A stretch of DNA of 64,000 bases, taken from contig NMRA01000123.1 of NCBI GenBank assembly GCA_002633005.1, positions 340,364 to 404,363 of the forward strand, given 5' to 3'. A program made the position numbers and the translations under genes. The first letter of the stretch is position 1. Every line of letters starts with the position of its first letter. The DNA is from Phoronis australis (Eukaryota; Animalia; Phoronida). Of the stretch, positions 13,501-25,500 are shown one piece after another. The notes beneath the pieces were generated by a model. That model did not search any database. It was not told the origin of the DNA and saw only the letters and a program-made list of their open reading frames with translations.

Positions 13501-16500
13501 CATCGCGAATGAACCTTGACCTTGGCGATAGAGTGAGATGTGCGGGAGTTTTGTGACTAGAATCTTCACACATAGCACATTGTGACGTTCAAAGAGTGAC
13601 TGTACAACATTGGTGTCAGTTATTCTCATAAACCAATGAATGCAGATAACACAGCTAAGGCCTCACAAGGTTCGGAACACAAACAGATGTCTTAGTGCAG
13701 CCCAGTTCTAACACTGCCTCGTGTAAATTGTCGCCTATACAATACACCAAACGCATTTGCCTAACAGTCAAAATTTCTTCCTTTCACCCATAAACGCTAC
13801 CGCACTGTTGAATATGATATTTCTACTAGAGGCAACGGTGAAAATAAGGATTTTAATGAACGCACAAAACCAAGAGGGACGTAAAAACTGTGTTACGTAT
13901 TCAGGGATGGCAACTGAACCTTTTCCCGCGCATCAGAACAGGCTTACCGCGGAGAGGAACGTTTAACTGCGAGATCGATACTCATCACTCTCCAAAAGAT
14001 GGTACCAGCAATAACTCTTACCACTAGCAATAGCAATGTACTGACGCAAACGTTTGGCAGGCTGGTAGGGTAAATGTTCTTTTTGCGCAACAAGTTTTCT
14101 TGCGGTGCGGGTGGTGAGTGTCCCGCTCTGGTGGTAAATTCATGTTTTGCTCTCCGTGGTGAGGGTTCTTAGTATCTGAGACCAAACGGCTGGTGTAGCC
14201 AGAAGTGTTCCAAAGGGGAAAGGTGACTCTTATAAACAAGAAACTTTTGTTGGCTACCGTGAAGCATCAAACTGAATGGATACGCAATCAAGGGCACTTT
14301 GGAAACGATAAATTAAAATGAGCTTTGGCCATGGGAGGATCATATAGTATCGTGCAGGGGAACAAGGCCTCGTTTGCTCAGGCTATTCTCATGATGTTGC
14401 CAACGTACCTGCTGGTGGGTTGTTGGCGTACACAGTACAGCACGAGCTGTCTACCAGCTCGTAGTCAACGCCCTCTGGTACAACGGTGCAGATTTTGCTC
14501 GCATAGTCAAACTGAGAGACAACACAATTCATCGTGAAGCACCTCTCATTACACTCAAAGTCTGATGACGTGCTGAAAGTTGTGGCGCCGGACGACTGGA
14601 TAGCTTTGTTTGGAATTCTTCTTACATCTTTAAAGGAAAGAGAGTGCAAGTGCTAATGGTGAAAATGTGCGCGCGATTGGAAATAAAAGGAATGCAGAAT
14701 ACTAGACTACATACAAAGTGGTAAATAGTTGGTATAGGAGTAGAGAACTTGTTTTCAGGCTCTAATATTTCAATGCGCCATTACCATGATTTCATCTCAT
14801 TGGCAAATCCCGGTTACAACGAAAACATACTGATCTCCACCGAAGACAATTACACAACTGCGCGTCAGCGCAGCCGGTTGTCTCAAAGGCTGGGTGACGA
14901 ATTGGTGGACTGCATTGCAGTTTTGGATTATATACTGACGCACGTATCATTTATCTATTATCCGGGACATATGTCGATCATAAATGGTATTTCACTCGTT
15001 AAATATATTTATGTGAGCATATGGACTCGCCTTATTCCTTTTCCCGCTCATCTTGGTCTATTCCATTATTCCCTCGTGCAGGACTACACGACGTTTTTCC
15101 AGCCTTCGCATTGGTCTGTTGTTATCACGTGCCTCGAGTTTGGTCAGCTCTTGGCTCTTATAGGCTGATGATTGTCACGTGTCTTTAGGGGCGTTTTACT
15201 TTGTTATTGTAACCTCGCTTTCAATTCACTTTGTTCCGGCCACATTGTCGTACGTCAAAAACTCATTCAATTNGGCGCCGGACGACTGGATAGCTTTGTT
15301 TGGAATTCTTCTTACATCTTTAAAGGAAAGAGAGTGCAAGTGCTAATGATGAAAATGTGCGCGCGATTGGAAATAAAAGGAATGCAGAATACTAGACTAC
15401 ATACAAAGTGGTCAATAGTTGGTATAGGAGTAGAGAACTTGTTTTCAGGCTCTAATATATCAATACGCCATTACCATGATTTCATCTCATTGGCAAATCC
15501 CGGTTACAACGAAAACATACTGATCTCCACCGAAGACAATTACACAACTGCGCGTCAGCGCAGCCGGTTGTCTCAAAGGCTGGGTGACGTATTGGTGGAC
15601 TGCATTGCAGTTTTGGATTATATACTATATACTATTATTTTTGCGCCAATCAACAAACCCCTCCGGAAGTTCCCAACTCACCTGGAAGAGGCTCGTCCTT
15701 TTTTTCGTAATAAACACAACAACCTTCCTCCCCATCATCAATCAACTGGTACTTCACGCCAGGTGGCACTACAGTGCACTCTTTCGTGTTTCTGTCCCAC
15801 TGAGCTGCCTCGCACGCCGTCTCAGTACAAGCCTTGTTACACTCTTCCTCAGTTTGCGTTGTGGATGTTATTGTCGCCCCAGAACTGAGTATCCGCTGAT
15901 TATTCCTCCTAGTCATACCTGCAAGATGATGGACATGAGGGTACCGGGCATAACTTAATAGCCGCAAAAACGAGTTCCACCCAGGAACCGTTTTTGACCT
16001 AGATCATCTACCACTTACTAAAACTGACAAAACGTCGGGTGGTAAGTAAGATTTGCATGATTTTTAAACGTCATTAGAGAAAAACAGGTGCTCCTCGATA
16101 CACCCTTAAAATGTCACTTTTTACTGAGAACACTACCGGTACTGCTACTCCCAGGTATATGATATCTTCACATAACGTTACAAGAACTGACGGACACACG
16201 TTGGTGTGGCCGGACTCGAAATACTACCTGGGACGTCATTATACACTTCACAACACTCCCATGCGCCCCCTGTCGCTACAATGTCTTCGCCATACTCTAC
16301 AAGGGAGCACCTTCCATTAGTTCTATTGTACACGGCCGTTTTGCATGACGAAGCTTGGCACATCTCGGCACATTCATATCCCGATGACGTCATTATTGTG
16401 GAGTTTTTGCTTGTAAACGCTGTACTCGTCTCATTCTTGCGTATGCCTACAAGATAGTCCTGCGTTATACGTCTACGTTCAGCTTAAATAACGTCAAGTA

Positions 16501-19500
16501 GTACTATCTCAATGAAACTTTGCTCGCCGCAGGTCTACTACCACGCGGCTAATTTGGTTAACGACCCTCTGAAATGACTTGGGTAACGTTTTAAAATTGC
16601 TGTTATCGTGGTCCTTTCGGCAGCTTTGTAACCTGTATTTTGTACGGTCATTCACAAGCAGCTTACCTACAAATTTAGTCTGACAGTGTCCAACTGGTAA
16701 TGACATGATAAGTGTAAAATGTTGCAAACTTGCTGAACGCTTTTAGAGGAATTTGTTGTTCTGAAGAAAAAAAAATCGCATAGCACTATTCAGCTGCGAC
16801 AGCATAAACGGAATGCTGAATAGATTGATTACTGTTGTACTAAACGTGCGAGACATGAACTTCCGGACCGTAACTACGAAAGCAGTACTGACCACGTCAT
16901 AGACGCATTGGCATTTGGGGTAAATACATGTAACACCAGATACATTCATTTTTAAAGAAAGTGAGCCCATGTTTAATCGTTCCCTAGAGATTGCACTTAT
17001 GCTTGAAGCTCCTGTTAAAGTTCATATGCAGGATATCTGTCGTTTTACATTTTCGTTGAAAATACGACTAAATTTTTTGCTTTTAAAGTTGGATACAGGA
17101 TTGCCCGTTGTGTCGAAACAAAAAGTTTAGTAGTGTTTTCAACGAAGTTTGTGTTAACGAAGGGCTGCTACCGTGTGCAAAACTTTATTTCGATTCGATC
17201 GTAGCTCGGAAGCTAAGACTACATCAATATAATGCAGACTGGCTCATCTTATGTGGTCAGATTGTCCAGCATACATGTACGTGTTCCCGTTCAACAAATG
17301 GGGTAACACGCATCACTGGCCATCTGTTTGTCACACAGAACAGCTTCTTCAAAGAGATCAACATAGAGCCTCAACCCAAACAGTCTACCAGATGTAGCAA
17401 AATGCCTAGTATACATCCTGTGCTATACTTAGCTTACATTGAACAGTAGTGCGATTCCCTCGCAGGGATCGTATCTGTGAAATTGGGACCACGAAAACCG
17501 ACAGGTTGGCTAAGACTTAGACAGATTCTGAGACAGATAGGAACATTCTTTCTTGATTTAAGCTTCACACAAAACCGGCTCTATTAAAAATATCAGTGAA
17601 CCCTATGATGATGCAAAATCTAGCCATTAAGGCACATGATTTCTCAATGTTCGCAGCTCTCATGTGAAAATTTTCGTGCTCAACGCAGAAGAATCAAGCA
17701 CATTTGTATTTAACGATTACAGCGCAATGTTGGGTCTTATTTCACTATGTGACATTCAATTGTCGAATCTGTCCTGCAGATTTTTTTTGCTGTTTTGAGT
17801 GCAACGGTTGGTTTGAAAGAGAAACGCAATTTGTTTTCGACCCTGCTGCTTTTCCGGTGGTAGAGCTACCACCGCGAGTGCCAGAAGCATTCAAGGGCCG
17901 AACAAAAGAGTCCAGGTTTGCAATGAATTACAGTGTATATGCAATGTTAAGGATATGGTCAATGGATGAAATGTAAAGATGTTCCACAAACAGTGCCGTC
18001 CTCCCTAAGCCAATTCATCAAAATAAATCTGCCGAAAAGTTAATATCGTGAATTGAGAAACGAAGTTGAGGTAAACCAACAAACCTAGACTTTACTTCAA
18101 TAAGCCATGCAGAAACGAGGGTAGTAGTTGCAGGAACATAGAACGCAGTCGTATTCTTAGAACTGGTCCATTAATGACAAATTCTGGTATTATTTTGGTG
18201 ATGAAAATTATCTTGAAAGACACGTGAAGAGAACAGGGGACGATAATTTTACAATACAGTGTAGATACCAAAAACATTCCGTTTTTTGAAATAATTGTAA
18301 GAGAAAACGTCGAACAAAGCCAGAACACGTGAAAACTACTGATTTGTGACTGCTCATCGGCGATACAAATTACATACATGCAGGGATAACATTGCAAAAC
18401 ACAACGTCCTAATGAGGAGTTGAACCTTGACGAGAGCAATGTTAAAAACGCAGGCCGTGCGGGAGTAATTACGTTGTGCATAACAGCCTTAGCGATTAGA
18501 ATTTAGTACTCAAGTTGAGTACTAAATTCTAATCGCACGAGAAGTGGTCGTCGGGCACCGAACGAATGCAAATAAACTGTGAGCGCTAACCAGAAAGTGG
18601 GTAGTTTGTCTTCACGTAAGTGTCACAACAGTCGGCGTTACTGACAGTTTGCCCTTTGTTGTCGAAAATACGGCACTCGTTAGTCACGAGGTTTCGTTCG
18701 GCCTTCCTGCATTGACTGTTCTGAGCGCACGCTTCGGCGCATGCGTATCCATTGGGGAAGATCTTGTTTTGAATTGGCGTGCCGGAAACCTTCGTCTTAC
18801 TCTTTCTTTTGACACCTGAAGAAGTAATGAAACGGGTATTGGAACATCCATATAGGCCACGGTTCTTAGCACTTTCTTCATGTCAAGCAAAACATAAATT
18901 TCATTTCATCTGTGCGGCTAGAAATAAATGTATTGTCAGGCGTATGATGCTTGAATAACCAGTCAGATTTCAAGCTGCACATTTGTTATGAAAAAACATA
19001 CATTCACGGCCTCCTAATACATTATTGAATTAGCGCTGCAGCGCAAAGCAATCACAAGATCAAATATTCGGAAGGTTAGGAACTGTTTTAATAGGTCAGC
19101 CTCCATTTTGTATTGTTGTGGGCGCACGATACACACATTTTCAAACAGTAATTAATTCGTCCAAACAGCTGTGTTATTTCTTGCCCGAACAGAAATCAGC
19201 AGATAAAGAGAGGGGTGAGCAAAGTATCTGTCATCAGTTGTTGTCATCATGTAATTCCACAGTCAAATCTGATAAGTGACTTGAGGTAACACGAACGAGG
19301 GACATTTTAAAAGTAGTCAGTGTAACGGTAATTCAGCAGCTGCAAATGTTGCATTGAATGACAAACAGGTAAAACTCATACGGAGGGAAATCTCATAGTT
19401 GACACCGATTACAAAAAATTTAAGCACCATTGAATATCTTGAAATTAACATTCAAATAATTTTCTAATAGCTGAGACTTTTATTTGTGGTGCAGCTAAAT

Positions 19501-22500
19501 ATCTTAACTATAGATACAGCGCATTCTGCTTTCAACCTTGTGTGCACACTTTTGATTTTGTTTCATAAAAATGTGTACTCTCAATTTCACAATCATCAAC
19601 CCTATTTCCATTCACTCCAAAAATCTCATTCTTTTGTAAACTTATCATTTGCTGACACAGAACAGAGCGGTGCTCGGTGTAAAGATTTGACAAACATTTT
19701 TGAACTTCGACAGCTTTGATACGACTAGTGAACCGTCTTCATTTGCAAGAAATAGTCCCAAAGGGGACCTAACGTTAGTATCATTGAAAACAATTTGGGA
19801 GTTTATCATGCAGTGCTTCTATATTGAATGTATATTTATTTTCATTCAGATGACGGCAGGTTTGAGATGTACGTATTGCATGAAACGTCAGTAGTGAGAG
19901 GAGTTCATAACCAAGATAAATCGACAAGATGACAAAACAATTTTTAAGTTAATAAAGGTACAAATTCGACGAATATTCACAGGGAACTTGAGTGCGACAC
20001 TTTCATGAAGCCGGGAACTGGCCTAAAATTGGAAGCATCTGAATTAACTAATCGCAGCAGAAAAAGTGCGTAATTGCTCACCACAACGTCGGTGGCAATA
20101 GTTTGCAGTGAGGATCCCGAAGGGGCGCTCACACGATCAAACATTTTTGTAGTTCCGCACACTTCTGTATTTGCAACTCTCTGCCACTGTCTTGAGACCA
20201 ATAAAAGAGGGCAGTGCCTCATTATACGCTAAGCTAGGAAAACAACACACGCTAATGACGTGGGAACGGTGACTCTTATTGCAACCCTCGCTGGTTCCCT
20301 CCATACGTGCCTAGCCAGCACGTAGGTATCACGCTGTGGCACGCGCTATAGCATTGGTTGATGTAACCTCAGCAGTCATTGGCTAGCTTTACAAGAACGT
20401 AAAAAATGGCGGACTGTGAACGATTTTTAGCCTTGTCATGCAAGTGGCGTCGCAGAAACTATTTCTTTTCTATACTGATGTTTAATAATCGCGTGCTTGA
20501 AGCACATACATGTACAATAAATACATATCTGGCCGATTTAACCGGTCTGTTATTCATACTGTATGGATACAAGACAGTATCGTAAACAGGAGTCATCGAC
20601 GGTAGTAAGATGCACTCCGAAAAGGCGCAACCACAATTTCTAAGATTCACATTTCCTGAACATAAATTTTAAGCACAGACCATAATTACACTTCAGTCCA
20701 TATGTCATGCCAGTTTGTTTGTATAAAGCGCTGCCTGTTGAGAATTCGACTACCCAATCACGCCGGGGTAAAAATTTTCCCGAGGAAAATTAAGTGATTC
20801 CTGCGTGCTGGCTACCGACCACCTAGCGGCACCCAGGGAACTAGCGAGATTGCAACCCAGCCTCGTCCACGAACCCGCACAAGATGATGGTGATCGGCTT
20901 AGCTAACATGTAATTGAGGCTTGGTGAGGAGAAACTGACTTGTCAGAATACTGACAGCAGTTTGCTATATCGCCGGATTATCAAGTCATATTAGGATATC
21001 ATCACTGAAATTTGCTGTAGTATAATACTAAAATCAAACTGAGCGGTATTGATGTAGCAATAGATTTAGATCATTGAAAAATCTGATGTATTTGAATTAA
21101 AAATTATGATAATTTCTTCGATACTTTCAACAAAACAGAATTGTTCATAAGTACGTGAGCACTGTTAAAACAATATCTTCTGCTTCCGAATCACGAATGG
21201 CACAGAAACAAGTGCAGGTGGTCTGACGTCATTTGCACTGCATCGCAACATGTCTGTACGTGGAACACCCAACAGGGGAACCTATTTCACTTCATCAAAG
21301 CTAGTCCCTGTGAGTGTACGGGATTTAACGCGGTGTGATGAAATATTGCATCATGGTCTTCTAGAGGCCACTAATATCCTCGCAGCCTATGGGCCCCGCT
21401 CTGANTTCATGTTGATTGAAACGGAGGCAATTGGGAGTAATGCGAACTTTCTACTGACAAAGGGATGCCACTTTTTGTGACATGGGCTAGGGTCGAAAAT
21501 TTTTGCTAACGAGGAGTCGTGGTTGCTCGGGAATAGTGGCAACGGAGGTTAAGTGAAAATAGTTGCAATGAGGGGGGCAATTGGAATTCATCAGGACCGC
21601 AACCAGTAAAATCTTAAAGCTGAAAACGAATATCAACACGACAATGAAGTAAAATCGTCTGCTCTCCGTTACCCGGTAGATCTCGATACACCTCGCAGCA
21701 CATCCCATTGCCGTCCGTGAGGTAGATCTCCACTCCATGGTTGACCAAGGTGCACGTCTTTATTACTGGATCCCACTCGGCTGCTTTGCATGAAGCCTCG
21801 TGACAATTCAAGGCGCATATATATCCAGTCGGCGTCGACAGCGTAGTATTTCTTGGAGCATTTAATCGTCTTCTCGGGACCCTAGTCATATCTGCAACAA
21901 TAAAAAGGGCGCACCATTAAGGAGTTTTCCCGTTGCTCCTTACGTGTTAGATTCTATAGCCCAACAACAAGTTGGAAAGATGACCCTATAGCCAATATCG
22001 TACACTACTGATTAACTCCATTCTGCCATTTAAGGCTGGAGGACCAGCTCTCTTTTATTTGATAATTGCTCTAATCTCCAATAAGATCGTATCTAGCCTG
22101 ACTGGGCTGTGCTGTTAAAAATAAAAATTAAATTTTAACATATCTGAACATAAACCAATAGCATTTCTGAAGTCCTAGTCAAATGGTGATCATGTTTAGT
22201 TTTTGAATCGCCAAAACTGCAATAGAAGATAATTATAACAATCTATTCTTTCCGAACGCACCAATTCGCTCTGGGTTTGACTGTATTCACACGTGGTCCG
22301 TTATAAGCCTGGTAGATAATTGGCCTGCCTGTTGTCATACCAGAAAAAAACTGTTCTTGGCAGTAAACAAAGAAGCTAGATGTTATCACACGCTCAAAAC
22401 CCTCTACGTCTGGTAAAGTCACTGAACAGGAGAACGCTTTCTTGCAACATAATTTTAACAATGGTAAGCCGTTATTAGTTTTGGCATGACTGTCCTTTCG

Positions 22501-25500
22501 GTGGAGAAGAAAATCGAGAAATATGTGCATGAAATCAGCAATCTCGCACTGTTGAAGCAACTCATAACATTAGCCAAGCCATTTTCTCTCGAATTCCGCA
22601 TATTGTTACTGACTTTCAGTATTGTTGTAAACATTGATGTGACCTCAGCAAATACTAACACAACTATGCAAAGTCGAATATGTAGTTTCAAAAAAACTAG
22701 AATTATAAGAATACATTTATACGCACATGCACACGCACACGCACACGAAAGCACACATGTGTAAGATTTTCCAGTAAAAACATGCAAAGACAGTAAGACG
22801 AACAAACAGAAATACACAATGATAGACAGGATTTAAATAAAAGATACTAAAAGTAAGACAACGTAATTAAATAAAATATAAATATACTGTAAAACAGACA
22901 ATAAATATATATATTCTCTCCTCATCTACGCACAACCTCAAAGCTACCTTTTAAACAAACCCACAGTCACCTTCTGACGCATACATATACGCACATGAAC
23001 GCGCACACATACACATGCACACTGATTCATACATGGTCTGCGGATATTGAATGCAAGTTTGCTACACAGAAAACATCTGATTAGATTGATTTCTTTTAAG
23101 TCTTATCAAGGATGATGCAGATGTCATCGGAAGGGAGAGCATTCCATAAATTAGGCCAGCTGAAAGAAAATGCGTTTTTTCAGTTTCGTTCCTGGTTTTC
23201 GGAAGATTGAAATTGGATGACAGTGAGGCTATAGTGTTATAGCGATTAGCAGTCATCGTAAACTTAGCATTTAAATATGTTAGTACAAAACATCTAAAAC
23301 ATTTGTACATACAACAAGAGTTGATAGGAATTTATTTCTCGTGAGTATTGTCATTATTTCCGTCTCTGGAGTATGAAGATTTTCAATGTTAATATCTCTC
23401 ACACCAACTTCCAGAATAATCCGGGCGGCCCTATTTTGTATCACCAAGATGGTTTTCATATCCTTGTCTGATGCAGCGCCCCACAGCGGAAGGCAGTTAT
23501 CTAGGTGAGGTTGAATGATTGCAGTGACAAGGATTTTCAGTGTTACTCTGTTCACAAATTTACTGATGCATTTCAATACGCCAATTTTCTTAGACTCGAT
23601 CAGCGTGGTGAGATAATTTAAGATTTGGATCATATAGTAGTCCAAGACATTTAAAGGAACTCACGTTCTCAATAAGAGAATCATCACCAATGGCCATAAA
23701 TGCTTAAATTCGCTCACCAACAATGTTAGTATGGTGTTTTTAAGCATTTCTACATGGATTTGTGTACTTTAAATCAAGAAATTAAAAGAATTGTGAGACG
23801 TCGTCAGTGGGATTCGGTCTTAGCCGTTGTGTTGTTCTACACCAGCCGCAAACTGTAATGGTCTCAAAAACTGAATTCGACTGAGTACTATGACAAGTTG
23901 CATGTGGAGAGGTTGCGGTTAAAGCAATCAGACAGGCATTTCTGTTTTGCGTTTCAGATAGAAACGAGTACAATTTACCAGAAATAAAACTCATTCAGCA
24001 TCACTGTAATTAGATATGATCGTTCCAGACAAACGCCAGTTGGCATTCGAGGAAATGAAATCAGTGTCTGTAAATCGTAACTGGGCTTTGGCAATCAGGG
24101 TAAAAATTTCTGTTAGATTTACGAAGTTCGAGACACATATTATCCAACACTGAAGTGATTCAATAAAAGGTGTTAATTACCACTTTGAAATCAGGAGTGT
24201 CTGCAGACTGAGTAGGCTCCACTCGCCCAAGACGCCGGTGCGGCAGGCCGCCGGTCGAGTTCGTACGACCTCAAACACGCAGCCTGCCAATATGGCGACA
24301 TCTAACTCGTTACCTGTTTTTCCTATGGCCAGAGTGTCGTGTTCATCCCAATATCCACACCTTTCTTCAAAATACTCGCCTAGCGCGCTCTCTATAGGTC
24401 TTCGTAGCAAACAAAATCACTACTATCCGCCATTGCAGATATACTGTCAAATGATCAACGTCTTCCACTGATGATATCACTTGGCGGGAAACAAAAAAGT
24501 GATTGGTTTTTCTTGAAAATTCAAAATTCCTCAATTATATCGCAAAATAAAGTGCTTGTTCAGTTAGATTTTGTGTTATAAAATTGTTACCTCTAAACGT
24601 TCAAAAATCCATTGTGGGGCTTTAAATTACCATCACCCGCAAACTTGTGACTTGTCGGAAAGTCAAACATAACACAGATAACTCGCTTCAAGCAACTTGT
24701 AGTAGGCACGATGCTCTTATTATCAATATTTGACTACCCTTGAAAGGTCTGCAGAATTGGCCGTCAAGATCGAGCAGCGGAGGTAGGGGCCACCGAAAGG
24801 GCAAAAACAGTTAACAGAAAAATCAAACGTAATTCGTAAGTTTGACTTTCCGTGCACTTAACACTTTCCACAGACAAGCTTAATTTTCAAACAGGTTTGA
24901 TTTTTACGGGTTATGATCGATTTTCCAAACACGGCAGATTTTTCCGAATTACGTTTAATTTTTACCCGTTGAATTTGACTTTCCAGTTACTATTGATTTT
25001 TACGACTGGTTCGATATTTACGAACTAGGTTTGATTTTTCTATTAGCTATTTTTCGCTCTTTCCCCAACCCATATGGAAGCCCAGGTCAACTGAACAGCA
25101 TCATTTGTTCATATTCTATCTTGGCAATTAAATACATGGCATGATCAATCGCACGGGTTAGTGTGTTTGGTCAGTCTACAGGTACCGTACAGACGACAAC
25201 GAATGCATATCAGTATAAGCTGTCTCACCCGGGAACAAGTTCTCTTTCTTCAAGAACACTTCGCAACATTCGGCATCTCCCGTAATAGGCTGAATGTGCA
25301 CGCCAAGTGGCACCATGAGACATTCGCTTGTATTTAGCTGCCATTGAGCTGCCTCACACCAGCTTTCGGCACACGTCTGAGCACATTCGCCGGGAGAAAC
25401 TGTCAAGACTCGGGTCACTTCTTGAACATTCAGTTTGGAGTTTTTACGTCTCCGGATACCTTTTGTTATAATGAATGCAGTGGTCAATTTAAACAGACCA

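Noticed and set aside
14749-15888. Plus-strand ORFs of 139 aa and 238 aa sharing a repeated peptide
   Set aside because: The repeat is the 353-bp duplication across an N, and the rest is antisense to PAN exon 4.
17230-17900. Faint Ulp1-protease/PHD-like remnants (RVPVQQMG*, FFCCFECNGWF)
   Set aside because: Too degraded to call; at most a decayed transposon accessory gene.
4081-25459. Dscam-style mutually exclusive splicing of the PAN exons through docking/selector sequences or steric exclusion
   Set aside because: All introns are >=309 nt, so there is no steric block, and I saw no shared intronic element upstream of the exons. Cassette skipping remains possible, but mutual exclusivity has no support.
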